Notes: generated from the letters alone by a model not told the origin. A stretch of 64,000 bases of DNA from an uncultured Candidatus Saccharibacteria bacterium (GCA_963553085.1 CAUVLR010000001.1:5342-69341), one strand, 5' to 3'; counted from the stretch's first letter, positions 40,685-51,319 are shown. Made by a program: numbers and translations.

Positions 40685-41749
40685 CTACCCCCTCATCATT
40701 CGATTAAGATCATCTAAGTCAACAGCGTAATTCTTCGCCTCGTCGTAAGTAATCTGACCGGACTGAACCAGCTGCACCAGGGTGCGATCCATCGACTGCA
40801 TGCCTTCCTTGGCGCTGGTCTGGATGACCTGGTCGAGCTGATGCGACTTACCTTCACGGATAATATTGCGGACAGCCGGGTTAGCGACTAAGATCTCGGC
40901 TGAGACCAAGCGTCCACCTCCGATAGCCGGGATCAAACGCTGCGAGCAGATCGCCATCAGCATGTTGCCCAGCTGGGCTTTGATCTGAGGCTGCTGGTGC
41001 GGCGGGAAGACATTGACCATCCGGTCGATCGACTGGGAAGCGCTGTTGGTGTGTAAGGTGGCGAAGACCAAGTGGCCCGTCTCGGCGATAGTGATGGCGG
41101 CGCTGATCGTCTCCAGGTCACGCATCTCACCGATCAAGACGACATCCGGGTCTTCTCGTAAGGCGGAACGCAAGGCAGCACTAAAGGAGTAGGTGTCGTA
41201 GTGAACCTCCCGCTGAACGATCACCGAGCGCTTCGACTTGTGGGTAAACTCGATCGGGTCCTCAATAGTGATGATATGCTCGCTCCGCTCAGAGTTGATC
41301 TTGTCCAGTAGCGCCGCTAAGGTAGTCGACTTGCCTGAGCCGGTCGGCCCGGTGACTAAGACTAGCCCCCGAGGATAATCAGCGAAGGATTCGACGACCG
41401 CCGGCAAGCCAAGCTCAGCCAAAGTCGGAATATCATTCGGGATGAGACGCATAGCAGCAGCGATATTACCCCGCTCATGAAAGGCGTTGACCCGGAAACG
41501 ACCAAGATCGCCAAAGGCAAAGGAGAAGTCAAACTCCTTGTCCTTGAGCAGGATCTGCTTCTGCTCGTTGTCTAAGATGCTGAAGATCAAGCGCTCTGTC
41601 GTCTCGACATCTAGCGATGGCGTATTAGCCACCGGCGTTAGCGCTCCGTCGATCCGAAGCATCGGCGGTAAGCCTACCTGCAGGTGTAGGTCACTGGCGT
41701 GCTGGTTAATGACCTCCTGCAGCAGCATTTCTATTCTGATGTTATCCAT
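40685..41749 (-). CDS. pilT: Twitching-motility retraction ATPase
   Basis: GLVLVTGPTGSGKSTT Walker A and AHLVFATLHTNSA. The 354-aa length is typical of PilT. Confidence 0.9.
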   Translation of the reverse strand: MDNIRIEMLLQEVINQHASDLHLQVGLPPMLRIDGALTPVANTPSLDVETTERLIFSILDNEQKQILLKDKEFDFSFAFGDLGRFRVNAFHERGNIAAAMRLIPNDIPTLAELGLPAVVESFADYPRGLVLVTGPTGSGKSTTLAALLDKINSERSEHIITIEDPIEFTHKSKRSVIVQREVHYDTYSFSAALRSALREDPDVVLIGEMRDLETISAAITIAETGHLVFATLHTNSASQSIDRMVNVFPPHQQPQIKAQLGNMLMAICSQRLIPAIGGGRLVSAEILVANPAVRNIIREGKSHQLDQVIQTSAKEGMQSMDRTLVQLVQSGQITYDEAKNYAVDLDDLNRMMRG

Positions 41750-41790
41750 TATGCCTCCCTATTCGTTTTTAATTATATCATGCTCATGCT

Positions 41791-43557
41791 TTATGCAATA
41801 TTAGCCGCCACTCGGTTAACTTCCTCGATAGTAGTCTGCCCGGTCAGCGCCTTGAGGAAGCCATCTTGGTGCATCGGGATCATCCCCTGAGCGATACCCA
41901 GCTGCTGGATCTGGCTAGAGGTAGCATGCCCGATGATCAGCTTCTGCACTTCGTCAGTCACTTCCATCACCTCGTAGAGACCCATCCGACCCTTAAAGCC
42001 ACCCGGCGTAGTAGCCGTCTCTTTGCCCTTGACCAGGGTAAAGGAAGCTGAATCCTGCAGGGGCAGATTAGCGTAGCCTAAGTCCTGACCGATCGTCTGA
42101 ATCTCGGCCGGCGTCCTCGGCAGGAGTGGCCCGACCACGTTTCTGATCATCTCGGTCTGCAACGGGTCACTCTGATACGACTCTTTATCTGCCGAGACTC
42201 GACGAACCAGACGCTGCCCGATGACGGTATTGATTGTCGAGGCAATCAGGAACGGCTCCACCCCCATATCCAGCAGACGGGGCAAGATGCCAGCCGCCGA
42301 GTTAGTGTGCAGAGTCGAGAGAACGAGGTGTCCGGTCAGAGCTGCCTGAACCGCCAGGTTAGCCGTCTCGCTATCTCGGATCTCACCGACCAGGACGACA
42401 TCAGGGTCTTGGCGCAGGATAGAGCGTAGCCCATTAGCAAAGGTCAGCCCAACGGCAGGATTAACCTGGATCTGATTCACTCCCTCCATCTTGTACTCGA
42501 CCGGATCCTCCAGGGTGACGATATTGATCTTCTCGCTATAGATCTCTTGGACTAGAGCGTAAAGCGAGGTTGACTTACCTGAGCCGGTCGGTCCGGAGGT
42601 CAGGATCATGCCATTAGGACGAGCAATCCCCCGTCGAATCATCCGGAGAGCTCGGCTGGCATAGCCCATATCCTCCAGCTTAAAGGTGCTACCCGACTTA
42701 TCCAGCAAGCGGATCACTACCTGCTCACCCCAGACGACCGGTGAGATAGCGATACGGAGGTCAACCTCTTTCTCGCCGACCATGACGGTGAACTGACCAT
42801 CCTGCGGCTTGCGGTGCTCGTCAATCTTGAGATTAGATAAGATCTTGATCCGAGAGACCAGCGCCGCCTCAGTCGACTTGGGTAGAACCATCACCACTCG
42901 GAGTACGCCGTCAATCCGACAACGAATGGTTAGCTGATTCTCGCTCGGCTCAATGTGGATATCTGAGGCCCGAACTCGCTGGGCATACTCAAGGAGCTGG
43001 TTCAGCACCTTAGAGATTGGCGAATCCTGGACGATCACCTGAGCATTGCTGGTGATCTTAGGAGCGTTACTGTCAAGCGAAGCTCGGACGCCTTCATCAA
43101 CATCCATCCGGTACTGCGACAGGACGTTATTGATGCCCGATTCACTCGCCATGTAGACTTTGATCGGACGACCGATGGTATTCGACAGGAAGTCAACTGC
43201 CTGGACGTTGTTGGCATCAAGCATGGCGACCGCCAAGCGCTCCGCCCCACCTTCGTTAGTCTCACCCAGCGGCACCGCCATGAAGCGTTGCGCCACCTCC
43301 ATCGGTAGAAGTGCCAAGACGCTACTATCGATGATAGCGTGCGACAAGTTGACATAAGGCGTACCACTGGTGCGAGCCGTCGCCTCAGCTAGCTGCTCGT
43401 CGTTAATGATCTCCTCTCGCATCAAGTAAGCAAAGAGGGGCTCATTCTCTGCCTGTGCCTTGCGACGAAAATGCTCCAGCTGGTCATCGGTAAAAAGGCC
43501 TGCTTCTATAAAGTAGGCCTCTATCTTAGCACGAGACTCGTCGGTCAGGATTGCCAT
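41791..43557 (-). CDS. pilB: Type IV pilus assembly ATPase (GspE family)
   Basis: 588 aa. N-terminal GSPII_E_N-like region and GMILTSGPTGSGKSTSL. Confidence 0.9.
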   Translation of the reverse strand: MAILTDESRAKIEAYFIEAGLFTDDQLEHFRRKAQAENEPLFAYLMREEIINDEQLAEATARTSGTPYVNLSHAIIDSSVLALLPMEVAQRFMAVPLGETNEGGAERLAVAMLDANNVQAVDFLSNTIGRPIKVYMASESGINNVLSQYRMDVDEGVRASLDSNAPKITSNAQVIVQDSPISKVLNQLLEYAQRVRASDIHIEPSENQLTIRCRIDGVLRVVMVLPKSTEAALVSRIKILSNLKIDEHRKPQDGQFTVMVGEKEVDLRIAISPVVWGEQVVIRLLDKSGSTFKLEDMGYASRALRMIRRGIARPNGMILTSGPTGSGKSTSLYALVQEIYSEKINIVTLEDPVEYKMEGVNQIQVNPAVGLTFANGLRSILRQDPDVVLVGEIRDSETANLAVQAALTGHLVLSTLHTNSAAGILPRLLDMGVEPFLIASTINTVIGQRLVRRVSADKESYQSDPLQTEMIRNVVGPLLPRTPAEIQTIGQDLGYANLPLQDSASFTLVKGKETATTPGGFKGRMGLYEVMEVTDEVQKLIIGHATSSQIQQLGIAQGMIPMHQDGFLKALTGQTTIEEVNRVAANIA

Positions 43558-43562
43558 GCCAC

Positions 43563-43814
43563 CTATTTGCTCTCCAGGTTAAAGGGGTGCTGGTTGGACT
43601 GGTCACCGATAGTTGTCCGAACGGTCGGATTGATGGCGGTGTCAGAGAAGATCTTCTTATCCGGCTCGTCAACCTTACTCTCAATAGTCGGAGCTATCTG
43701 GACTGTCTGCAAGCTATCGGCCGGTGAAGGCATGATCGCCCCGACTACGAAGTACGAAGTCAAGCCGACGATGGCAACGATTAAGATGATAGCCGCCCAA
43801 TCACTTTTTCTCAT
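43563..43814 (-). CDS. Small single-pass membrane protein within the pilus operon
   Basis: 83 aa, overlapping the upstream gene by 14 nt. No family recognised. Confidence 0.4.
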   Translation of the reverse strand: MRKSDWAAIILIVAIVGLTSYFVVGAIMPSPADSLQTVQIAPTIESKVDEPDKKIFSDTAINPTVRTTIGDQSNQHPFNLESK

Positions 43815-44577
43815 ACTGGATCTCCTTCTTACCTAGCTTAAAGTTAACCTTGCTAGAATAATAGGTCTGCGCCTCGATGGTGGCATTGAGCTTGTCGTCC
43901 GAGCCATCAATCGTCAGCTTGGTGATAGTGATCGGTCGAATGGTGCTCTCGATATCTTGCAGGGCAGACTTGACTGAGTCGAAGCTACCGACCAGGCTAA
44001 CTCGGAAGGTGATCGGCTTGGCTACCGGGAATTGGATATCGTCTGCCTTACTGACGCCGGATTTACTGGAGCCGGAGCTTGAACCGGACGAGCTACTCGA
44101 TGAGCTGGAGCTTGAGCTTGATGAACTCGACGAGCTGGATGAACTGTCAGACTCGGTAGTGTCTACATTGATCTGCTCTATAGTCACGCCCGACTTAGAC
44201 AAGATCTTGTTCTGAAGCGATGAACTCAGCGCCACACTATCGTCCTCGGTCGGCAAGGCGTCGATCACTACCTGAAAGACCGTGCTGTCATCGGCTTTGA
44301 GGTTGGGTAGCGACAAAGCAGCGTTAGCCTTGAGGGCGTTGACATTCTTGATCAGCTTGTCGACCGCCTCGACATTATCGTGCATGGTCTGAGCAGTCTT
44401 ACCCACGTCACGGTTAACCTTGTTCTGGTAGTTGATCCGCTGCATCAGATTCCAGCCCACCACCAAGCAAATCACTACCAAGGCTGCCGCTAATGCCACC
44501 CAGGTGAATACCTGCTTGCGGGTGTTAGTGATCTGCTGTCGCTTCTTGATACCGGTCAGGGCATTTTCTTCACTCAT
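43801..44577 (-). CDS. PilO-like pilus assembly protein with a poly-Ser insert
   Basis: One TM segment and a coiled region. Call based on position after pilN. Contains about 20 consecutive Ser. Confidence 0.5.
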   Translation of the reverse strand: MSEENALTGIKKRQQITNTRKQVFTWVALAAALVVICLVVGWNLMQRINYQNKVNRDVGKTAQTMHDNVEAVDKLIKNVNALKANAALSLPNLKADDSTVFQVVIDALPTEDDSVALSSSLQNKILSKSGVTIEQINVDTTESDSSSSSSSSSSSSSSSSSSSSGSSSGSSKSGVSKADDIQFPVAKPITFRVSLVGSFDSVKSALQDIESTIRPITITKLTIDGSDDKLNATIEAQTYYSSKVNFKLGKKEIQYEKK

Positions 44578-45497
44578 TGCTCGTCCTTCTTGTCATTAGA
44601 CTTATCTTTGGCATCAGTATGGAAAGTCTCTTTCGGAGCATTGCGGTCACCATCCGAGGTGGTTTCTTTCGGTACTTCCAGCTTGATATTAGTCGACTTC
44701 GGACTGAAGGCACTGTCGTTAAAGGTAACCGTCAGGGTGAAGCTAACTAGAGCTTCGTTCTGGCTACCACCGGCAGAGAGGCTGCTGTCTTTGACATTGA
44801 CAGCGGTGACCAGATTTTCTTTCATCGCCTTCTTCTTAGTAGCAGATTTCTTCTTTTTCTTAGACTGGCTATCGCTATCGGAACTATCACTATCTGACGA
44901 GGTCTCTTTACTATAGGTACCATCCGAGTTAGCTGAACTTTCGCTATCTGACGAGGTGTCCTCCTCTTCTACTTCATAGCTGAGCTGCGCCTTGGACAAG
45001 GTATTCTTATAGACGTCGAGTGCCGAGAAGTTGGTCGTCTTACCTTCGATCGTCATAGTGATACCGTCAGCACTAGCCGAAGAACTGCTGGACGAGGTGT
45101 CACCGCTACTACCGGCCGGTGCTTCGATCTTCGCACTGCTGATCTGAACGTTATTCGGCGCAGCCGGGTTAAGCTGAGTCAGATAGTCCATCAGCCGAGA
45201 GTAGACCTGCTGGTCAGACTTGAGCTTGCCGATCTGCTTGAGCTGATTCTGAATGGTGATGTATTTATCAAGCTGCTTCTTCTTTTGAGCTTGCTTGATC
45301 GTCTGCTCGTCATTCTTGATGCTATTCTCCATCAGAGCCTTGGCTCCTATCAGTACGCCAAGCGTACCGCTAAGCAGGAGTAAGACACCTATCGAAGCAC
45401 CAACGACGATAACGCTGATCGAGACGACCAGATTGCGCTCTCGCCTGACCCGCAGGAGATCTTTCTTAACATCCGGCAGGAGGTTTAGGGAAATCAT
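44574..45497 (-). CDS. pilN: PilN-like pilus assembly protein with a Ser/Asp/Lys-rich low-complexity region
   Basis: MISLNLLPDVKK...RNLVVSISVIVVGASIGVLLL is the conserved PilN N-terminus plus TM segment. Confidence 0.65.
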   Translation of the reverse strand: MISLNLLPDVKKDLLRVRRERNLVVSISVIVVGASIGVLLLLSGTLGVLIGAKALMENSIKNDEQTIKQAQKKKQLDKYITIQNQLKQIGKLKSDQQVYSRLMDYLTQLNPAAPNNVQISSAKIEAPAGSSGDTSSSSSSASADGITMTIEGKTTNFSALDVYKNTLSKAQLSYEVEEEDTSSDSESSANSDGTYSKETSSDSDSSDSDSQSKKKKKSATKKKAMKENLVTAVNVKDSSLSAGGSQNEALVSFTLTVTFNDSAFSPKSTNIKLEVPKETTSDGDRNAPKETFHTDAKDKSNDKKDEQ

Positions 45498-45498
45498 C

Positions 45499-46542
45499 TT
45501 ACTCCGCCCTTTCTGCTAGCCCGACCGCTACGGCGAACTGCGAACTTATTGGTGCCAGGGTGGTCTGATCACCCATCGGAACATTGACATGCTGCCAAGG
45601 TGTCGCCAGCTGGACCGGCAGGTTGGTCTTCTCACTCATGATATCGGTAAAGCCGGTCAGGCTGGCTGTATAACCGCTGACCAGCATGGCGCCGATCTGC
45701 ATATTGTTGTACTTAGTGACGAAGAACTTGAGCGACTTAACCAGCTCGGCATTAAGCTGGTCAACCAGTGTATGTACCGCCCGATAGACTTGACCGTCCA
45801 GGGCATTCTGGTCGACACCGAACTTAAGCAGTAGCTGACGAGCTTGCTGGTCGTCGATATTGAGGTTCTGCTTAGCCATCCGTACCATCGAGGTCAGCCC
45901 GATCGGGATAGAACGAATCAGGCGAGGAGCATTACCAATGGTCACGATCACGTCTGTCGATGAGTCCTCCATATTGACTAGGAGTCGCCCATCAGTGATA
46001 CCGTCAGGTAAGAGAGCCCGGATCAGGGCGATGCTGTCCGGCTCGATAGCGATGACATTAAGCCCCAGCTCGTTCTCCAGCATGTCCAGCCTGGCCTCGG
46101 TAAAGGTATTGAGCACACTTGCCACTAATACCTCTGTCTTACCCTGCTCGACCGGTGACGGTCCGATGATTGCCCAGTCAATCTTAGCTTCATCAGGACG
46201 CATCGGTACATAATTCTCAGCCTGGTACTTGATGGTGGCATTCAGCTCTGCCTTAGCCACCGTCGGCACCTCAACGACGCTGGCGAACATCTTGCCCGAA
46301 GGGACGCCGATCGCCACGTCTTTAGTCTTGATGCCCGACTGATTGATCACCTCAGTGATCGCCATCCCTAATGCCCGGCGGTCTTTGTCTGCGGTAGACT
46401 CGCTAAGGCGGGATGGTATAGCCTTAGTCGCATAGTGCTTTAGATTCCAGCCACTGCCGGAATGCCCCAACTCAACCACCCGGATCGCTGTTGTACCTAT
46501 GTCCAAGGCGAAGAAGTTGCCCACCGTTTTATTTAACTTCAT
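45499..46542 (-). CDS. pilM: Type IV pilus assembly ATPase-fold protein PilM
   Basis: Actin-like fold pattern, FFALDIGTTAIRVVEL. ATG at 46542 (MKLNK) preferred, 9 nt after a TATAAT. The ORF track starts at TTG 46566. Confidence 0.85.
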   Translation of the reverse strand: MKLNKTVGNFFALDIGTTAIRVVELGHSGSGWNLKHYATKAIPSRLSESTADKDRRALGMAITEVINQSGIKTKDVAIGVPSGKMFASVVEVPTVAKAELNATIKYQAENYVPMRPDEAKIDWAIIGPSPVEQGKTEVLVASVLNTFTEARLDMLENELGLNVIAIEPDSIALIRALLPDGITDGRLLVNMEDSSTDVIVTIGNAPRLIRSIPIGLTSMVRMAKQNLNIDDQQARQLLLKFGVDQNALDGQVYRAVHTLVDQLNAELVKSLKFFVTKYNNMQIGAMLVSGYTASLTGFTDIMSEKTNLPVQLATPWQHVNVPMGDQTTLAPISSQFAVAVGLAERAE

Positions 46543-46721
46543 ACTATTTTCATTATACATAACCAATTTGAAAATACAATGTCACGCCGAATCAGTCGGT
46601 TTATGACGCAGCTTGAGCTCCGGACACACATGCTCTAGAAATATTGTCAGCTTGTACATAGCAAAAACCGTGCGAATAATTAGTGCTAAAATATTAGTGG
46701 AATGAGAGAGGAGGCGCTGCT

Positions 46722-47843
46722 ATGCTAAAGATTGCCATCGTCGGGCTGCCCAATGTCGGTAAGTCTACCCTATTTAACGCTCTGACCAATGGCGACGCCT
46801 TAGCCGCCAACTATCCTTTCGCCACCATCGACCCCAATACCGGCATCGTTGCCATACCAGACGAGCGACTGGAGGTACTTGCCAAGCTATACCAGACAGA
46901 TAAAATCACCCCGGCGACGATTGAGTTCGTCGATGTGGCCGGGCTAGTCGCCGGTGCCAGCAAGGGTGAAGGGCTGGGTAATAAGTTTCTGGCGCACATC
47001 AGGCAGTGCGACGCTATCTGCCATGTGGTGCGAGCCTTTAGCGATGATCGTGTCCAGCGAGCCGACGGTACGGTGACTATCGACCCTAAGTCGGATATCG
47101 AGGTGATCAATACCGAGCTAGCCTTAGCCGATGTAGCAACAATCGAAAACCATTTACCTAAGCTCCAGAAGGAAGCTAAGGCAAATCCGAAGTTAATGCC
47201 CCGGGTAGCCCTACTCCGGTCAGTCCAATCTCAGCTGCTAGCCGGCAAAGTGCCGACTGAGTTTCACAGCTTCAGCTCCACCGAGCTCCATCAGCAGCTG
47301 GACGGCCTAGACTTACTAACTGCTAAGCCGGTCATCTACCTCTTCAATGTCGAAGAGACTGACCTGACCAACCAAGCCCGCCAGGCCGAGCTCCGTCAAT
47401 TAGCCAGTCAAGCAACCGGACAGCCGCTAGACCAGCTCACCGCCGTCTTTGTCTGCGCTGAGCTAGAGAGCGAGATTCGCTCGCTCTCGCCGGTCGAAGC
47501 AAGTGAGCTGATGGCTAGCTATGGTGTGACCGAGTCGAGCTTAGACCAGCTAGCCAGAGTCGCCTATCATACGCTGGGGCTACAGTCCTTTCTGACCGCC
47601 GGAGCAAAGGAAGTGCGAGCCTGGACGATCCACCAGGGCTGGACAGCACCCCAGGCTGCCGGCGTCATCCACACCGACTTTGAGCGAGGCTTTATCGCCG
47701 CTCAGGTAGTCGACTACCACGATCTTACTCGGCTCGGCTCTGAGTCGGCCGCTCGTTCGGCCGGCAAGGTTCGGACCGAGGGTAAGACCTACATCATGCA
47801 GCCAGATGATGTAGTAGAGTTTCGCTTTAATGTCAGTAAATAA
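46722..47843 (+). CDS. ychF: Ribosome-binding ATPase YchF
   Basis: MLKIAIVGLPNVGKSTLFNALT and the C-terminal TGS/YchF domain. Confidence 0.95.
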   Translation: MLKIAIVGLPNVGKSTLFNALTNGDALAANYPFATIDPNTGIVAIPDERLEVLAKLYQTDKITPATIEFVDVAGLVAGASKGEGLGNKFLAHIRQCDAICHVVRAFSDDRVQRADGTVTIDPKSDIEVINTELALADVATIENHLPKLQKEAKANPKLMPRVALLRSVQSQLLAGKVPTEFHSFSSTELHQQLDGLDLLTAKPVIYLFNVEETDLTNQARQAELRQLASQATGQPLDQLTAVFVCAELESEIRSLSPVEASELMASYGVTESSLDQLARVAYHTLGLQSFLTAGAKEVRAWTIHQGWTAPQAAGVIHTDFERGFIAAQVVDYHDLTRLGSESAARSAGKVRTEGKTYIMQPDDVVEFRFNVSK

Positions 47844-47844
47844 T

Positions 47845-48570
47845 CTAAGCTAGCTTAGTCAGTAAGTAAAACCTCTCCCGATTACCTCTCGCCCCCGCTA
47901 CGGCACTATCGGCCTTGGCTCTCAGTAAAAAGTACTGCTTCGCCCACTGCTCGAAATCGTGTAGGATGCGTCGCCGCTCGGTGTCATTTTTGATCACGCC
48001 GTGGTTCTTTAGTCGGCTACCTGTCTCAAACTGTGGCTTAACCATGACTACGACTTGAGTCTGTCGATTCGCTAGCTCAGCCAGATGAGGTAGTACCTCA
48101 CGTAGCGAGATGAAAGAAACGTCGATCAATATAATATCGACCGACTGATCGGTCACAAAATCCCTGATATCCGTTTTCTCATGTAGCTCGACCCGTGCGT
48201 CACGCCGTAGCTGAGGGTGAAGCTGATCAGTGCCGACATCGACACAGATGACTCGCCGAGCACCCCGACTGAGAGCGTAGTCAGTGAAGCCACCTGTCGA
48301 TGAGCCGACGTCCAGGACTGTCTTACCTCGAAAGTCTACCGCCAGCTTATCAGCTACTGAGGCCAGCTTTAGCCCAGCCCGGCTGACGAACTGCTCGGGC
48401 TGATCCAACTCAACTAGGCTCAGATCGTGGACGAAGTAGCCCGACTTAGTAATGAGGCGACCGGCCACTCTAACCCGCCCCAGACGAATGTAAGATTCAG
48501 CTTGCGAACGGGTGGTCACCAACCCTAGCTGAACCAGAGCCTTATCCAGACGGACACCCTGCCCCGCCAT
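47845..48570 (-). CDS. tlyA: TlyA-family rRNA 2'-O-methyltransferase
   Basis: S4 domain (RLDKALVQLGLVTTRSQAESYIRLGRV) plus FtsJ-like methyltransferase (VLDVGSSTGGFTD). Confidence 0.85.
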   Translation of the reverse strand: MAGQGVRLDKALVQLGLVTTRSQAESYIRLGRVRVAGRLITKSGYFVHDLSLVELDQPEQFVSRAGLKLASVADKLAVDFRGKTVLDVGSSTGGFTDYALSRGARRVICVDVGTDQLHPQLRRDARVELHEKTDIRDFVTDQSVDIILIDVSFISLREVLPHLAELANRQTQVVVMVKPQFETGSRLKNHGVIKNDTERRRILHDFEQWAKQYFLLRAKADSAVAGARGNRERFYLLTKLA

Positions 48571-48576
48571 ACTAGG

Positions 48577-49143
48577 CTAGTCCTTCATTCGTTCTATATA
48601 GCTACCATCCCGGGTGTTAACCTTGATCACATCGCCGTTCTTGATGAAGGCCGGTACCTTGATAGTGATACCCGTCTCCAGCTTGGCATCTTTCTGGACA
48701 CTGGAGGTAGTATTACCCTTGACGACGTCCTCAGTATACTCGACCTTAAGCGGCGTCGAAGTCGGCAGATCGACAGCGATGACCCGCCCGTCGAAGAATT
48801 GGAGCTGGACTTCCGCCCCTTCCCTGAGGTAGCTGGGCACATCGCTCGCTTCATCCAGCGGCAGCTCAAACTGCTCAAAGGTATCGGGGTTCATGAAGTA
48901 GACTTTTTCGGCATCGCTATACAGATACTGCGCTACCTGGTGCGACACTTCCGCAGCCTCAATCTTGTCCTGCCCCTTATAAGTCTTAGCCAGCACCGAG
49001 CCATCGATCAAGCTCTTGATCCGGACATTGACGATCGAGCCACCCCGCCCCATCACCTTCTGAGCATAGTCAATCACCTGATAGGGCTTGCCATCGACGA
49101 CGATCACTCGCCCTTTCTTCAGATCAGTTGGTCCATACATCAT
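48577..49143 (-). CDS. efp: Elongation factor P
   Basis: 188 aa with the typical KOW and OB domain layout (GRGGSIVNVRIKSL). Confidence 0.93.
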   Translation of the reverse strand: MMYGPTDLKKGRVIVVDGKPYQVIDYAQKVMGRGGSIVNVRIKSLIDGSVLAKTYKGQDKIEAAEVSHQVAQYLYSDAEKVYFMNPDTFEQFELPLDEASDVPSYLREGAEVQLQFFDGRVIAVDLPTSTPLKVEYTEDVVKGNTTSSVQKDAKLETGITIKVPAFIKNGDVIKVNTRDGSYIERMKD

Positions 49144-49214
49144 TCTCTCCTTTCAAAAAGGGCGACAGCCGGAAGCCCACCCGGCTGATTCGCCCTAGTC
49201 TTTACCCTAATCTA

Positions 49215-49409
49215 CTAGCTAGCCACAAATGGCAAAAGCGCCAAATGACGAGCTCGCTTGATCGCCACTGCCAGATTGCGTTGCGACTTGGCGCTCAACC
49301 CTGTCTTGGAGCGAGGCTCGATCTGCCCGTAGTTGTCAATGTACTTACGTAAGACTTCGACCTCCTTATAGTCAAAGTAGCGTGGTGATGGACGTTTAGT
49401 TCTCTTCAT
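49215..49409 (-). CDS. rpsR: 30S ribosomal protein S18
   Basis: [52 protein letters not shown] at 49409 is preceded by AGGAG. Confidence 0.9.
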   Translation of the reverse strand: MKRTKRPSPRYFDYKEVEVLRKYIDNYGQIEPRSKTGLSAKSQRNLAVAIKRARHLALLPFVAS

Positions 49410-49419
49410 AATTCTCTCC

Positions 49420-49866
49420 TTAGAATGGGATATCACTTAGGTCAATCGGCTCGTCAGCATCTACCTCGGCAGTATCAGCCGGTGGCTGAGTATTAGACTT
49501 CTGACTACCGCCACCAGCATTAGTGCTACTACCTCGCCCATCGTTAACGAAGCTAAACTCTTCGACTATGACATCAATGGCGCTACGGCGCTTGCCTGTC
49601 TCCTTATCTTCCCAGCTCCGCTGTTGCAGACGACCGCTGACCAGTAGCTGCCGCCCCTTGCCGACATACTTAGCGATGGTCTCACCGGTATTGCCCCAGG
49701 CAGTACAGTTGATAAAACTGGTCTCTTCTCGGCGATTGCCATCGGAACCTCGGAAGGTACGATTAACCGCTAGCGAGAAGCTAGTGACTGATTGACCAGA
49801 TGGCGTCGTCCGCACCTCGGGGTCAGCCGTCAGATTTCCCATTAAGATTACTTTGTTAAATGCCAT
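49420..49866 (-). CDS. ssb: Single-stranded DNA-binding protein
   Basis: OB-fold N-terminus [17 protein letters not shown] and an acidic tail ending DLSDIPF. Confidence 0.92.
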   Translation of the reverse strand: MAFNKVILMGNLTADPEVRTTPSGQSVTSFSLAVNRTFRGSDGNRREETSFINCTAWGNTGETIAKYVGKGRQLLVSGRLQQRSWEDKETGKRRSAIDVIVEEFSFVNDGRGSSTNAGGGSQKSNTQPPADTAEVDADEPIDLSDIPF

Positions 49867-49888
49867 TACACTCCCCTTTACCCTCTAA

Positions 49889-50266
49889 TTATTCTGCCGA
49901 GGCGCTCTCTCTGGTAGCCTTCGCCTCTTCTCGAGCTTTTTTATTCTCAGCTAGCCAAGCCTCGATCTTAGCATCAACTTTAGTGATCAGATGACGCAAG
50001 ACGTCGTCGGTGATATTAAGTGTGCTGTCGATCTTAGCCGGTGCCGTGCTCGGTAGCTCCAGCTGATACACTCGGTAGATAGCATGTGTCTGCCCAGCGA
50101 TCTTGTAGGCTAGCGACTTACGCCCCCAGTCATCCTCGCTGATTATCTTGCCACCGTTGTCTTTAACTAGGTTGGCAATAGTCTGGAGCGGCTTATCCAT
50201 CTGCGCCTCCAGCTCGGGGCGAAACAGCACCACCATCTCATAACGGCTGGTCGCCGTCTGTGACAT
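49889..50266 (-). CDS. rpsF: 30S ribosomal protein S6
   Basis: YEMVVLFRPELE pattern and the conserved rpsF-ssb-rpsR gene order. Confidence 0.9.
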   Translation of the reverse strand: MSQTATSRYEMVVLFRPELEAQMDKPLQTIANLVKDNGGKIISEDDWGRKSLAYKIAGQTHAIYRVYQLELPSTAPAKIDSTLNITDDVLRHLITKVDAKIEAWLAENKKAREEAKATRESASAE

Positions 50267-50359
50267 AGATCCTCCTTTGGTTTATAGCCACGGCTCGCCG
50301 GCAGTGGCAGGTTAATGTTACAGTAGTATTATAACACAACTGCACTAAAGCTCTTAATC

Positions 50360-50701
50360 ATGAACCGAGACACTATAGCTGTAGTAGCTAGACATTACAT
50401 CCCAACCTTATCCCTGGTAGAGCAGGTCGGTTCAGAGTGTGCCGTAGATGGCACAATCGCCGTTAAGCTTGTCATCGAGAGAAGCGATTCACCACATCGT
50501 CAGGAAGCAGTCCTAATCCGATTAGGCAATTACGCCGACCACGACGATTTGGTTATGGAAGTTACCGGTGGTCAGAGAGCAGTCGGAATATACCTAGCCG
50601 GCGGACGGATAGCCGACCCGGATAGCACTGAGTCGGACATTTTGCACCGAGCTATTTACAAGTATGGCTATCGGCGGTACTGCCTGTATCAGGTCGTCTA
50701 G
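50360..50701 (+). CDS. Hypothetical protein
   Basis: 113-aa ORF, no motif recognised. Confidence 0.3.
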   Translation: MNRDTIAVVARHYIPTLSLVEQVGSECAVDGTIAVKLVIERSDSPHRQEAVLIRLGNYADHDDLVMEVTGGQRAVGIYLAGGRIADPDSTESDILHRAIYKYGYRRYCLYQVV

Positions 50702-50719
50702 CTTGGAGTACACGGCAAA

Positions 50720-51292
50720 TTAGCGAAGCTCTTCAATTAGCTTCAACATGGTGGCTTTCGCCTGCCGGCGCTCCGACTCGGGGTGAATCGGTACTTCCAG
50801 GTCTGTCGCTAAGTCCCAGATCTGATTGATCGCCTGATTACTCTCGACCAGGTCATCGTTATATGACGCTAAAGCGACGATGGAGTAAGCGATATCGTAA
50901 TCCAGAAAAAGCTCTTGCTCCAGCTCCCGCTTCTTGAGGCGAAAATAATTGGTGACACCGCCTAGCGTAGCTAGTACCCGGCTAGGCTGGAAAAGCTTAA
51001 TGTCACCCTCCCGCACCGGACCATCAAGCCCTACCCCGCCAGCCAGGTCAGCAAGATTACTTTCAGTGAGATCCTGATCGCTAGACGCCCAATTAGCCAC
51101 TTGGTGCGCCAAATCACCATCCACTTGGCTCAGGTGAAACAAAGCGTCCAGGCATAAATCAGCGAGATCTTCAGCGAATAACGGCAGGTAAATACCGACA
51201 AAGCGTCGCACATCGTCGTCTGTCTCAATCCGGCTTAGTTTGTCTTGCCAGAACCGAGCCCTAATCTGCCGAAGATCCTTAGTCTGAAACAT
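50720..51292 (-). CDS. Hypothetical acidic helical protein
   Basis: 190-aa ORF with a TATAAT 9 nt upstream of the ATG. No family recognised. Confidence 0.35.
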   Translation of the reverse strand: MFQTKDLRQIRARFWQDKLSRIETDDDVRRFVGIYLPLFAEDLADLCLDALFHLSQVDGDLAHQVANWASSDQDLTESNLADLAGGVGLDGPVREGDIKLFQPSRVLATLGGVTNYFRLKKRELEQELFLDYDIAYSIVALASYNDDLVESNQAINQIWDLATDLEVPIHPESERRQAKATMLKLIEELR

Positions 51293-51319
51293 GATAGCAT
51301 CATTATAATATAATCCAGC

